NCBI RefSeq assembly: GCF_011745625.1
Contig: NW_027191456.1
Span: 310,001-374,000 of the forward strand
Length of the DNA stretch: 64,000 nucleotides
Reading direction: 5' to 3'
From: Cladosporium halotolerans
Lineage: Eukaryota
Below the pieces are notes generated by a model, which saw only the letters and a list, made by a program, of their open reading frames with translations, was not told the origin of the DNA and did not search any database. Position 1 is the stretch's first letter. Every line of letters starts with the position of its first letter. A program made the translations under genes and the position numbers. Of the stretch, positions 12,129 to 23,360 are shown piece after piece.

Positions 12129-15100
12129 ATGGCCAACCAGTCTTCTAATGTCAATGGCAACATCCATGAGCAGCCAGACGATGGCCTTTCGAAGCTGGCA
12201 GAGCTGAAGCAAACAATTGGTGCTTCGGTGCAAAATCTGAGGAATCTGCTCAAGGCCATCAAAGATCCGCTGCCCACGGATACCGGTGACGGTACAGCAC
12301 TGCCTGAACAGCAGCATTACGACAGCGTTGGCGAGAAATTTGCAACGGTCATCAAAGATGCGACGACCGCTGGGTTTGGAGACTTGTCGAAGTTGGTCGC
12401 AGCCGCTGGTGGGTTGCACAAGGGCAAGCCGATTGACGACAAGAAGTACCTCATGGAATACATCATCCAAGTTGCAGCGAAGATTCCGGACGACTTCGTC
12501 AGCCAGAAGATCACAGACCATCTGATCACCACGCTCTGGGAGGACTTGAGCCATCCCCCGGAGACCCTCATGGGCGATGAATTCGAATTCAGACAGCCTG
12601 ATGGAAGGAATAATTGCTACCAGAACCCAACCATCGGTGCAGCAGGCATGCCCTATGCTCGCACAGTGAAGCCAAAGACGTTGCAGCCAGGCCATATGCC
12701 AGACCCTGGTGTCCTGTTCGACACTCTCATGGCTCGTAGTGAGCCCAAGCCTCACCCCAACAAGATTTCGAGCATGCTCTTCTACCTCGCGTCGATCATC
12801 ATTCACGATTGCTTCAAGACAAATCACGCCGACTATAGAATCTCCGACACTTCCTCGTACCTGGATCTTGCGCCACTCTACGGCAGCAACTGGCACGACC
12901 AGAAGCGAATGAGGACTTTCAAGGATGGCAAGATCAAGCCCGATTGCTTCTCAGAGACTCGTCTTCTCTCATTTCCGCCGGGTGTCGGTTGTCTTCTGAT
13001 CATGTTCAACCGTTACCACAACTACGCTGCTGAACAACTTGCAGCAATCAACGAGAACGGTCGCTTCACGCCAAGCGACAAGACCGTCAACCGCTATGGA
13101 GAGGAAGGCCTCAACAAGCGTGATGACGATCTCTTCCAGACGGCCCGTCTAATCACCTGTGGAATTTACGTCAACATCATCTTGGTGGACTATGTCCGAA
13201 CCATCCTCAACTTGAACCGCACCGATTCAAACTGGCAACTCAACCCAAGGAAGGAAATCAAAGACGGCCCGCCTGAAGCAAAGGGCAACCAGGTCTCTGC
13301 TGAATTCAACTTGGTGTACCGCTGGCACGCTTCGATCTCGAAGCGTGACGAGGATTGGACGGAAGCTCTGTCTGCACAGATGTGGGCCGGCAAGAACATG
13401 TCCGAAGTTCCACAGTACGAGATCATGAAGACACTGTCGAAGACTGAGCAGCACCTGCAGTCTCTGGAACCTGATGAGAGACCTTTCCCAGCCCTGAAGA
13501 ATGAAACCATGACTCGCATTCAGGAGGGTCCCTACAAGGGTTGCTTCAAGGATGACGAGATCGCGGAGTTCCTGACATCGAGCATCGAAGACTGCGCCAA
13601 CGCGATGGGCCCGCAGCAAGTGCCTGTCTGCCTCCGTGCAGTTGAGATTCTCGGTATCCAGCAGGCTAGGACATGGCAGCTTGGAACCTTGAACGAGCTT
13701 CGTGAGCATTTCGGCTTGCAGCGACACCAGAAGTTCAGTGACATCACGGAGAATGCCGAAGTCGCTGAGGCTCTGAAGCACCTCTACGATACACCCGATA
13801 ATGTCGAGCTGTATCCCGGTCTTGTGGTCGAGGACGCCAAGGATCCTATGTTCCCCGGCTCTGGCCTCTGTCCGTCTTACACGACATCCCGTGGTGTGCT
13901 TTCAGACGCCACGGCCCTTGTGCGTGGCGACCGCTTCTACACGACGGCTTACACTGCAGCCAACTACACCAACTGGGGCATGCAGGAATGCTCTTCTGAC
14001 CCCACGATCGACAATGGCTGCATCATGTACAAGCTCTTCCTGAGAACACTGCCTCACAACTACGACCCGGCATCCGTCTACGCGCACTACCCAATGACGG
14101 TTCCCAAAGAAATGGAGGCAGTGCTCAAGGATCTGAAGAAAGACCACAAGTACAATTTTGAGCGTCCGACGCCAATTCCGAGACCCGAAATGATCTTCAC
14201 CTACGATGCAGCCACCAAGATCATGAACGACCAGGAGACGTTCAAGGTAACATGGGGCAAGGCTATGGAGTTCTTGATGGGCCCAGAAGCGAAGGACTTC
14301 ATGCTTGCGGGCGACAACCAACCCAATGCCGAATCGAGAAAGCTCATGGAGAACGCACTTTATCAAGGTGCTTCATCTCGGGTGATTCCCAGCGGTGACG
14401 AGAAATGGCTCAAAGAGGTCAGACAATTCTACGAAGACATCACCGACAAGCTGCTCAAGCAGAAGAGCTACAAACTCGGCAAGATGAACCAAGTGGATCT
14501 CGTCCGAGACGTTGGCAATCTCGCCCACGTTCACTTCTCCGCTGAGTTGTTCAATCTGCCTCTCAAGACCGAAGACCATCCTACGGGCATCTTCACGGAG
14601 AAGCAACTCTACCTGATCATGTCTGCGATCTTCATCTGCATCTTCTTCGACGTCGACCCGGCCAAGTCCTTCCCACTCCGTGAGAAGGCTCGCGACGTCG
14701 TTCAGCAGCTGGGCGAGATCGTCAAGCTCCAGGTCGGCGCCATCAAGACTGGAGGTTCCATCGTCGAGAAAGTGCTCACAGCCATTCGCCCGACCTCCAA
14801 TGCAACTCTGAAAGACTACGGCGTGCACATGATCTCGCACTTGCTAAAGAAAGACCCCAACGTCGACTCCCTCGTCTGGGGCAACATCATGCAGACAGCC
14901 GGCTCCATGGTCGCGCCGCAGGGCCAGCTCCTCGCCCAGACCCTCGACTACATCTTCACGGAGGGCAAGCAACACATACCCACTCTCCAACAACTCGCCA
15001 AATCCGACGCTCCCGAAGACTTCGACAAGCTCACCCACTACTTCATGGAATTCTCCCGCCTCGCGGGCGAAACCGCCCTCTTCCGCCGCGTCGCGAAGCC

Positions 15101-15594
15101 CACAACCGTCCAAGACGGCTCCCGCAGCCACGACCTGAAAGAAGGCGACGTAATCGTCATCAACCTCAAAGCCACCTCGCGCGACCCCCTCGCCTTCCCC
15201 AACCCGGACGCCGTCGACCCCACCCGCGACCTCGAGTCGTACATCCACCTCGGCCACGGCCCGCACCAGTGCCTCGGCCTGCCCTTCGTCCGCGTCTCGT
15301 GCACGACGATGCTGCGCAAGATCTTCCAGCTCGACAACATCCGGCCCGCGATGGTCAGCGTCGGCAGGCAGAACGTCGAGAGCTCGGTCAAGAAGCTCGT
15401 CAAGGAGTTCGAGCCCGGCGACAGCAAGGTGCTGCCGGAGAGCTGGCACTTTCACGTTTATTTGATGGAGGACTGGGATATGTTCTTCCCGTTCCCGACG
15501 AGTGAGTTGATTCCTCTCCTCTTGACGAAGTGACGTTTGGTTGACTGTGCTGACTTTTTACGTTTTTGCAGGTCTCAAGGTGAATTGGGATTGA
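12129..15594 (+). CDS. ppo: Fatty-acid dioxygenase-cytochrome P450 fusion (psi-producing oxygenase / linoleate diol synthase family)
   Basis: DOX domain: SIIIHD (distal His), SSYLDLAPLYG, GNQVSAEFNLVYRWH (catalytic Tyr and proximal His), VELYPG, RGDRFY. P450 domain: EFSR (ExxR) and HLGHGPHQCLG (heme Cys). Likely start is MANQ at 12129, although the frame is open from 11766. Terminal intron 15502-15571 gives PFPTSLKVNWD*. Confidence 0.93.
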
Positions 15595-15945
15595 AGGAAC
15601 TCTGGAAATTGGGCGTTGGGAAAGTGTTTCAAGGTCAATGGTGTTTGTGCTTAGTGCAAGATTGCTTACGATGTATGATGAAATGATGTTCCGATTCAAT
15701 CAACGAGTGCGCTTCATGAAGCTCGTCTGATGTTGAACAAGTCCAAGCTGTCAGATTCCCAGATTTTCACCGGCGTCCGTGGTTAGTTCATTACATTTCA
15801 AAATGATTTACAGTTATCAGCGCATGCACATTTAGATACTCTACGCGGTAATTAGCCTCCAAGGTCACAACAAAGCGCGCTTCTCTCACATCAAGTTCTC
15901 CTCTTCCTGTCCATTTTGCAAACTTTGAAACAATGTATTCCTCGC

Positions 15946-17460
15946 CTATCTCAATTCAATCTTGACCTCCTTCTTGGTCGTCCTCGCAGTCTGGAACTCA
16001 TCGAACCAAGACTTCTTCTCATCTGCGAAGGGGTTGTACTGTGCGTAAGGGTTTTCAAGCTCCACTCGTTCTTCCTGGAACTCACCATACTCCTCTTCGT
16101 CGTCCGAAGTCTCTCCGATCTCTTCAACCACAAAGTTCGTGCCGGTTGCAGGGCCAAAGCCGTATGGGAACCATTTAGCCGCTGCAGCTTGCAGAGCCTC
16201 CTTTTTTGCCTGCTTGGCTCCTGGGCTGTTGTCGGGCTCACTTTTGGCTTCCGGTTCCGGTTTTGACTTCTGTTGCGCCGGAAACGATGACCCTTGTGCA
16301 TTCGCTATCGCATCGAAGTACCGTCTTGCCAAGTCGGAGCCGTAATCGAGGTGCAGCACGTAGCAGGGGATGATCTGAGCAGAATCGAAGACGATGTACT
16401 CGTTCTGATCCCAGTTGACGTGCGAATCCGCTTGATCATGCATAAGCCCAGTCTTGCGTCGCGCCTGGTCACGAGAGACTCTGAATGGCCTACCCATGAG
16501 CGTTGCGCAAACGACCATACGCAGTCCTGGCACATCAGCGGGATTGCGCCAGCCGCGCTCACCATTCGAGCAATCGCGCGCATACGTCGATGCAAACTCA
16601 ATCGAAGGGCTAGAGTAGATCCCAACCCCGAAAGACGCACCGCAAAGGGTCTCGTTCTCCTTATTGGTTTTTCCAATCCTCTGTCCAGGCACGACGAAAC
16701 CATATCGAACAATCGAGTGCATGAACTGGCGCGGAGCGCCGTGGAAGGTGACTCTCGGCGTGGACAGAATGTTCGCCAGGTCTTCCACGCTGTTGTGGCT
16801 TTTAGGGTGGAGCAGCCTTGTGTTGACACATTGCCTCAATTCTCCTGCGCTCAAAGTGGCGAGATGGTTGCGCATCTCCATCCTCTTGCGGGTAAATTTG
16901 GCGACCAGGTCGTTGCGAAACACGGCCTCAACGTGCAGGACGCGCAGGTAACGAGGCAGGTCGGCGAGGATGTTGGATATGCTCTTGCCGAGTAGGAACT
17001 TTGCGGTGTCGTTCACTGTGAGCAGGTTGACACCATGCGGGTTGGACAGGACGGATTGCCAATCACCCAAAGTCGCGTCCCAGCCGGCATTCTGCTCCGA
17101 TTGAGAGTTCTTAGACTTTGACGACGGTTTCTGTTGAGATCTCGACCAGTCCTGGATGTGCCAAAGCGCCTCCTCGGCCATCTGCAACAGCATCACGCCG
17201 AAACCGATCCCTGAACAGGTCGATCCCTTACGTGCTGCTGTGAGGATGTCCCGAAGTGCCACTCGGAGCGGATCGAGTCGTTTCCGAGGCATAGTGTCGC
17301 TATTCGCCGCCACAGATATCCCTTTGTGGATTCTTACCTTGACAATCAGACCTCTGAGCTTGATGTCACAGCCTCCTTGGCCTATCTTCCAATCAATGTC
17401 AGGTGGCATGTGCGTCTTCAGAAGGTTGTTGACATCCTCAAAGAGTAATCTGAACGCCAT
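15946..17460 (-). CDS. PARP-catalytic-fold (ARTD-type) ADP-ribosyltransferase-like protein
   Basis: Motifs TFHGA..SIVRYGF, GASFGVGIYSSP..FASTY, RMVVCATLMGR, NEYIVFDSAQIIPCYVL follow the PARP catalytic-domain pattern. First in-frame ATG is 17460 (caaacATGG). Confidence 0.8.
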   Translation of the reverse strand: MAFRLLFEDVNNLLKTHMPPDIDWKIGQGGCDIKLRGLIVKVRIHKGISVAANSDTMPRKRLDPLRVALRDILTAARKGSTCSGIGFGVMLLQMAEEALWHIQDWSRSQQKPSSKSKNSQSEQNAGWDATLGDWQSVLSNPHGVNLLTVNDTAKFLLGKSISNILADLPRYLRVLHVEAVFRNDLVAKFTRKRMEMRNHLATLSAGELRQCVNTRLLHPKSHNSVEDLANILSTPRVTFHGAPRQFMHSIVRYGFVVPGQRIGKTNKENETLCGASFGVGIYSSPSIEFASTYARDCSNGERGWRNPADVPGLRMVVCATLMGRPFRVSRDQARRKTGLMHDQADSHVNWDQNEYIVFDSAQIIPCYVLHLDYGSDLARRYFDAIANAQGSSFPAQQKSKPEPEAKSEPDNSPGAKQAKKEALQAAAAKWFPYGFGPATGTNFVVEEIGETSDDEEEYGEFQEERVELENPYAQYNPFADEKKSWFDEFQTARTTKKEVKIELR

Positions 17461-18017
17461 GTTTGTGAGTGAGAATTTTCGTTTGATCAAGTTTCTGTGC
17501 TCTTGGGCGTAGATGTGTCTTTTTCGACCACCAGGATCAACTTCGACTTTGCTTGATGCTCTCTCTTCCTCGGCATCTCGAGTCGGGGAGAGGTGCAAGA
17601 TATACTTGTCGGTGGCCTTCGTGATTTGTGCTCTTTGTTCAGGTATCGTTCATGACAATAGCTTTGATATGGCTTGTCGCGCTTGCAAAATCTATGTGTT
17701 CAACGGCATAGACTGGAATCCTTTGTTGCCAACAAAGAAGTCTTCATCCACGCTCCGCGCTATAGGCCTCTGGAACGCCGTATTGGTGACCAGTTGTCGT
17801 AGCGGAAATGTGCTGTTATTGAGGTGTCCCGCCACGATACTGGCTCATGGAGCGGCTGTCCTCCGCGTGCCGAGTACGGGCCCGGTATCGTCAGAGCTGG
17901 CGATGTCTTTGCTGATTTGGTTTGTAAACATCTCATGGCTAGGAAATCCATGTCAGTTACAGGTCACTGCGCATAGCGGTGTCCCAATAAGGGGTCCCGG
18001 TGTTTGGGACTCGCAGT

Positions 18018-18046
18018 CTTCAATGGCTTGCTTCAATGGCTTGCTT
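18018..18046. repeat. 13-bp tandem duplication (CTTCAATGGCTTG x2 plus CTT)
   Basis: Read directly from the sequence. Confidence 0.85.
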
Positions 18047-18667
18047 AAGTCTCGTCACATACTTTTTCTCGATATAGGTAGTGAAAGAGCATTCGCGGCC
18101 TCAGCCCTCGTTCGTATCTCGCCTCACTCTCCATCACTAAATTGCTTTCTGGTTCCTGGCCGCGCCGAAGATTGAGAGGTTTTCGAAGACTGCGTGCAGT
18201 CAGATGAGATCCTTTCATTCGTCCTTGCTAGTCAAATCTGATCAATAAGGACATTGATTAGCCCATCTACAATGTTACAAACCTCCCGGTACTTGTGCAG
18301 AATGATTGTCATTTTGACGAATGCTACGTCTGTGCCGAGTATTGCTGGTTCTAATGTCGCATATGAAGTACTAACGAAGGATGCTGATCCCATGAAAGCA
18401 TGCCATGATATAGAGTACAGTCATATTTGGCCCTGACCGTCCTTGCGATCTGCAACGACCTTCTGACGTTAATCAATATGATATCTAGCCTCGTTGCAGT
18501 GTATTGAAAATATACAGATAATTGTTTCCGAATACGTACGGTGAAATGATGTTACAACTCAATGACCGCGCTTTGTGAAGTTAGTCGGAATTATGTGACT
18601 ATCCACCAGCCTTCGCCTTACCTGATAGATTTAACATTATACGATAGAAAATATTTTCTTCCAAAGC

Positions 18668-18786
18668 ACATACGACCACAGGTCAGTGAAAACTGGGCAT
18701 CCCGTCCGCTCTGCCATACATAAGCACTGAACCGGGCGACTAGTACTAGAGTGGGTGACCATCTGGGAATCCCGCCTGTTGTATGT
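18668..18786 (+). rRNA. 5S: Dispersed 5S rRNA gene
   Basis: ACATACGACC..GAAAACTGGGCATCCCGTCCGCTCT..TAAGC..AGTACTAGAGTGGGTGACCA..GAATCCCGCCTGTTGTATGT, about 118 nt. The ends pair (ACATAC/GTATGT). Matches the ascomycete 5S pattern. Confidence 0.95.
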
Positions 18787-18798
18787 TTTTGCTTTTTG
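18786..18798 (+). terminator. Pol III oligo-T terminator of the 5S gene
   Basis: TTTTTGCTTTTT immediately follows the 5S 3' end. Confidence 0.8.
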
Positions 18799-18962
18799 TT
18801 ATTGCTCACGACTATATAATTTTCCCATGACGCAGCAAGCTCCCTTCGAGTACTCGTAATTTGATCCAGATCCTCTAAGATTCTAAGTAAAATTCTTTGG
18901 TTGAAGAGTAACAAGGCAACTCCTCCGACATTCATACATTCCATGCAACCCCCACAACCCCC

Positions 18963-19850
18963 TCAAATCTTCGCCTTGGCCACCTGCTTCGCATCCGCCC
19001 TCCACCCACTCAACGTCGACCCGCCATCAATCTCAAACGCATTGCCCGTCACGTGCGCCGCACCCTTGCTCGAGATGAACAGCACCAGGCCCGCGAAATC
19101 CTCCGGCTTGCCCACCCGACCGCTCGGCTGGCCCGAACTCAGCGTGTCGGAGAACTTGTCCATGCCAAAGGCCGTCATGCGGCTGGGAAAGACGCCCGGG
19201 CAGACGGCGTTGACCGTCACGTGCTGCGGCATCAGCTTCGACGCCTGCATCTTGCTCAGGTGGATGCAGGCGGCCTTGCTGGGCCCGTAGGAGAAAGTGC
19301 CGTGGCCGGGCGCGGAGAGCCCGCCCTCGGGGCCCGCCGTCACGTCGACGGTCGACACGCCGGCCATGGAGGCGATGTTGATGACGCGCGAGGGGTTCTT
19401 GGCCGTGGCGTCTTTGGTCAGCAGGTCGTGCAGGTGCGCCGTCGTGTAGAACATGGCCTTGACGTTGAGCGCGTAGATCTTGTCCCAGCCGGACTCCGGG
19501 AAGTCGTCGTAGGGCGCGCCCCAGGTGGCGCCGGAGTTGTTGAGCAGGACCGTCAGGCGGTCGGTGAGCTTGCGCACGTCGGCGCAAAGCGCCAGGCAGC
19601 CGGCCTTGTCCTTGAGGTCCGCCACGACGTAGTCGCAGCGCCCGGGGCCGAGCGAGTTCAGGCGCGCGGCCGTCTTCTCGAGCTCGGGTTTCTTGCGGCT
19701 GGCGATGATGACGCGCGCGCCGTTCTGGATGAAGGCCTGCGCGGCCATCTCGCCGAGTCCCGTGGCGCCGCCAGTTACGAGGACGACATGGTTTTTGAAG
19801 CTGAAGAGGTTGGAGACTGTGAGGTCTGCGGCTGATGAGGCGTGTGCCAT
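18963..19850 (-). CDS. Classical short-chain dehydrogenase/reductase (RhlG-like), probably peroxisomal
   Basis: TGGATGLG (TGxxxGxG), NNSG, NIAS, YGPSK (YxxxK), VNAVCPG. C-terminal AKI is PTS1-like. Confidence 0.9.
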   Translation of the reverse strand: MAHASSAADLTVSNLFSFKNHVVLVTGGATGLGEMAAQAFIQNGARVIIASRKKPELEKTAARLNSLGPGRCDYVVADLKDKAGCLALCADVRKLTDRLTVLLNNSGATWGAPYDDFPESGWDKIYALNVKAMFYTTAHLHDLLTKDATAKNPSRVINIASMAGVSTVDVTAGPEGGLSAPGHGTFSYGPSKAACIHLSKMQASKLMPQHVTVNAVCPGVFPSRMTAFGMDKFSDTLSSGQPSGRVGKPEDFAGLVLFISSKGAAHVTGNAFEIDGGSTLSGWRADAKQVAKAKI

Positions 19851-20331
19851 TGTGGCTGATGCTGTGCTCTGGTAAGGTTGGTGCAGTACGAAGTGCTCTA
19901 GGGACAGAATATGCTGGTGGTTACAGATGATTACGATGTCTATGCCGAATGATATTCAATCACAGAGATGTATTGCGGTAGGCTTGGGCGGAGTCTTTGG
20001 TGCTGTGATGTGATGATGCCGAGGGGAGCTCAGAACGTGCCGAGGTTCAGCTGGGACGTGATCAACATCCCTGTTCGTTCATTGTCCTGCTATGCGCAGC
20101 AGTCCTCTATTTCCACGACCGAGAGGATGCAAATGAATATGCGCACGATGATTTTAGCCTGGCGTTAAAGCCATTCTTGTGAGGAGGCAGTCGCAGAAAT
20201 GCCTGCACGCAAAACTTCATCTGAAACTAGCGTTTGCCACCCACCTAATGATTGTTCAAAAGACTATATCAACACGCTGAATCATGAATCGCTAAAGCCA
20301 GTTGAATGCTCGCTTGATGAGATACCATTAA

Positions 20332-21654
20332 TCAATTCATCGACTCCGGAGTCAACAGCGATTCCTTCTCCGCAAGAACTCGTGATAGCCTCACCGTCTC
20401 ATCAACAGCCGGACCCCGACACCACCACTGCTCCACACCCTGTGCAAATCTACACCAAAATCGCAAGACTTTCAGAGCTCGCACATCCAGTTTCTCCAGC
20501 AGTTGTACGAATTCCTCAGGCATGCGTCCAATGAAGACCATCAGTGACCCGATCTTACTGCTGTCGACCGTCATCCGCGAGAGCTTGTCCAAATGCACTA
20601 GAGGAGTGGCATAAGGGTTTCCGTCGTCTTCGGTAGACGCTGCTGTGACGCCACACTCTCCTCGCAAGATCTCAATCTCGTGATGAGCCGCTTTGTTGGG
20701 TTGCGGTGGTTCTGGCAAAGGTCCAGTCTGTGGCGAGAAAGCGCCCGATTCAATGAACACCGGGAGCCATAGACTTTTCGTGAGATGTGGTCGAAGAACG
20801 TTGGTCCGCTGCAGGATAGGGATACCTTTCATCAGCCTCAGCCATGCGAAATCGCTGTCTTTCGAGTCTGGTTCATCGTTTCGGCGCTTGTAGTGGAATG
20901 CGAGCATGGCGTGCAGATAGCAGCAAGCGAATAAGGCGTCTGCATTGTCGCCAGACACCGAGTTGCCCAGCGAAGCAGCGAAGCCAGTGAGCGAGAGACC
21001 GTAGTGCAGAGAGGCAGCGATGCGGTACTTTTCCTCATTCGGGTGGATAGCATGAAGGTGCGACGCGGAAAACGCGATAATGCCATGAAGGAGAAAAGGA
21101 TTGGTCACAGCAAGGGTGAGAGCCCATGTTTGGAGGACACGCTGGCACTCAGGAGAGCCGGCCCAGGAGGGCGGGTGGCCGTCGGTGAAGTGGTCTAGTA
21201 TTTGTGCGGCGTGTTGACTATGATAGGTGTCGCTCGGGGAGTTTCTTGGAATCTTGACCTGCTCCAAGTAGGCGAGGACGCGAGTTTTGGCTTCCAGGTT
21301 GCTGAAGGGCTCAGGCGGTGGCTGCTCAGGTGGCGGCTTAGAGCCCGTTGTCGCTTGCTGCGGTGCTGCAGCGCTGGATTGCTGCTCGGTGGCGCCAGAA
21401 TTTGCATGAGAGACATCGGACGCCTCTACACGAGAAGCCCCTGCAGCATTGGGTGGTCGTTGGCTGTAAATGCAGTCCACGCCTTTGTCACGACACTGCC
21501 CACAGGCAGGAATGACTTCATCGCATTTGATTCTTCGCTTTTTACACGCAATGCATCCTAGCCTCGATTTGGTGTGCGTGCGACGGGGACTGGAGCGCGT
21601 GCGTGGCGCATCCTGAACCTGGGCCAGGTCCGGCCTCTCGAAGATGAAGCTCAT
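20332..21654 (-). CDS. Zn(II)2Cys6 transcription factor, Upc2/Ecm22-like architecture
   Basis: RRTHTKSRLGCIACKKRRIKCDEVIPACGQCRDKGVDC. Middle region FLLHGIIAFSASHL..NADALFA..WLRLMKG. C-terminal QWWCRG. Confidence 0.9.
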   Translation of the reverse strand: MSFIFERPDLAQVQDAPRTRSSPRRTHTKSRLGCIACKKRRIKCDEVIPACGQCRDKGVDCIYSQRPPNAAGASRVEASDVSHANSGATEQQSSAAAPQQATTGSKPPPEQPPPEPFSNLEAKTRVLAYLEQVKIPRNSPSDTYHSQHAAQILDHFTDGHPPSWAGSPECQRVLQTWALTLAVTNPFLLHGIIAFSASHLHAIHPNEEKYRIAASLHYGLSLTGFAASLGNSVSGDNADALFACCYLHAMLAFHYKRRNDEPDSKDSDFAWLRLMKGIPILQRTNVLRPHLTKSLWLPVFIESGAFSPQTGPLPEPPQPNKAAHHEIEILRGECGVTAASTEDDGNPYATPLVHLDKLSRMTVDSSKIGSLMVFIGRMPEEFVQLLEKLDVRALKVLRFWCRFAQGVEQWWCRGPAVDETVRLSRVLAEKESLLTPESMN

Positions 21655-22835
21655 GCTCTATACAGTATCTGGAGGTTGCGCCACCGCCTTCCTGCACGCC
21701 GATCCCGAGCTGCGCTTGGGCCCGTGGCAATGTTGCAGATATGAGGAGTCACAAGTGGGAGGGCTAGAGTCGCAGGCAGCCTTCCATGCCGCAAAGAGCG
21801 GCATATCCAGAAAGGTGCACAGACACGCAGCTTACAATTGCTAGGGCATCTGCCTTCCCGGTGGGTGATGGCGATTGGAGTTCGAGCCAGCGAAGAGCTG
21901 CCATCTCCTCGGCCTGCCCCACACCTGCGCCAGGGCCGGCAGCGTTTTTGCCTGACGGCCTGCTGCATGCTGTAGGGTACCGTCGAGGTCCTGAGTGAAA
22001 TGGACCTCAACATATCCTTGTGTACTCTGCACTGTGTGCGATGTATCCTGCACAACTCTGTCTTCCGGTCCATCCTAAGCTTATTGGCGGCAACTCTAAT
22101 CTATTGTGGTCACCCTGCACTGCAGGGCGGGCACGAATTTGGGCAGTTCGTGCCGAAGAGCCCGTGTTCACTTGCCCTTCGTCTCTCCTGCGAAATGTGA
22201 GCCGCGAGATATCTTTGTTCTCTGCGCTCTGACCTACACGTCCTCATATATACTCTTGTGATGAGCTTTCTTTAGACGACGGCCCTGCCTGGTAGCCAGG
22301 GAGCGAGCAGGTCGAAAGATTCCGACAGGAGCCGATCCTCGTGACTGCTTGCGAGTCATTGCACCTCGCCGCATACGAGCTGCGCATCTATTTTGCTACT
22401 GCAGCTCGGAGGCCGACTAGCATTGTCGCCTCGTGACACCTGGCAGAAGCAATCGATTCGCATGTATGAGGCAAGCTAGATATAGTAGGCGAGTCCCTTG
22501 CTCAGTCTCCTGCGGAGGCATGGTCCTTGCTCGGTCATACCAGGACGTCATGCTTACCTTTCTTGTTGTCGTCGCTTCACCATGGCAGGCCTCTAGTCTC
22601 GTATCGCATGATGCTACGGTACCGTAGATCACGATGTAGCTAACACGAGGAAGGCAGCTTTCACGCCGGACACGAAATGGTCAGACTCTAGCTCTTCCGC
22701 GACCTAGCTGGCGGAGAGGCGGTGGTAGGTATAAAGCCATATTCCCTCTCATCGCCATTCCAGATCCTCATTCTCATACTTCACGGTTGTTTCAAAACGT
22801 CCATCTGATATCGTCGTGCTCCAAACCTCGCCATC

Positions 22836-23360
22836 ATGCATTTCACGACCTCTGCCCTCTCCGCCCTCGCCCTTTTGCTGCCTATGACCCAAGCCGTCAC
22901 CCTCTCATATGACCCAGGCTACTCCGACGCCTCTCGCTCCCTCAATGTCGTGTCCTGTTCCGACGGATCGAACGGCCTCATCACCCGCTACGGTTGGACG
23001 ACTCAAGGCCAGATTCCTCGCTTCCCATACATTGGGGGCAGCTCCGACGTTGCGGGCTGGAACTCGCCCTCCTGCGGCCAATGCTATCAGGTCGAATACG
23101 CCAAGACCGGCAAGAAGGTCTTCGTTCTGGCGGTTGATCACGCGGCTCAGGGTCTCAATGTGGCTCAGAAGGCTATGGATGATTTGACTAACGGGCAGGC
23201 GGTGAGTTGATCGTAGCGTCACTGCTCCTGCGTTTTGAACACCAACTGACTTTGTCGTGATTAGGTTGCTTTGGGACGCATTGATGTGAAGACGACGAAG
23301 GTTGGATGGCAGAACTGCGGGCTGCCTCATGCGAAGAGGGAACTCGAGTTTGATGCTTGA
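22836..23360 (+). CDS. Cerato-platanin family secreted protein (SnodProt1/Sm1/Epl1-like); 2 exons
   Basis: Signal peptide, then [49 protein letters not shown]. Intron 23202-23264, then [18 protein letters not shown] at about 22730. Confidence 0.93.

Noticed and set aside
17461..17940. Possible pseudogenised N-terminal extension of the PARP-like gene (in-frame stops at 17652, 17694, 17847)
   Set aside because: Three stops in about 115 codons is close to random expectation, and ATG 17460 has good context.
17513..18175. 220-aa + strand ORF
   Set aside because: No motifs or codon bias; overlaps the PARP-like promoter region in antisense.
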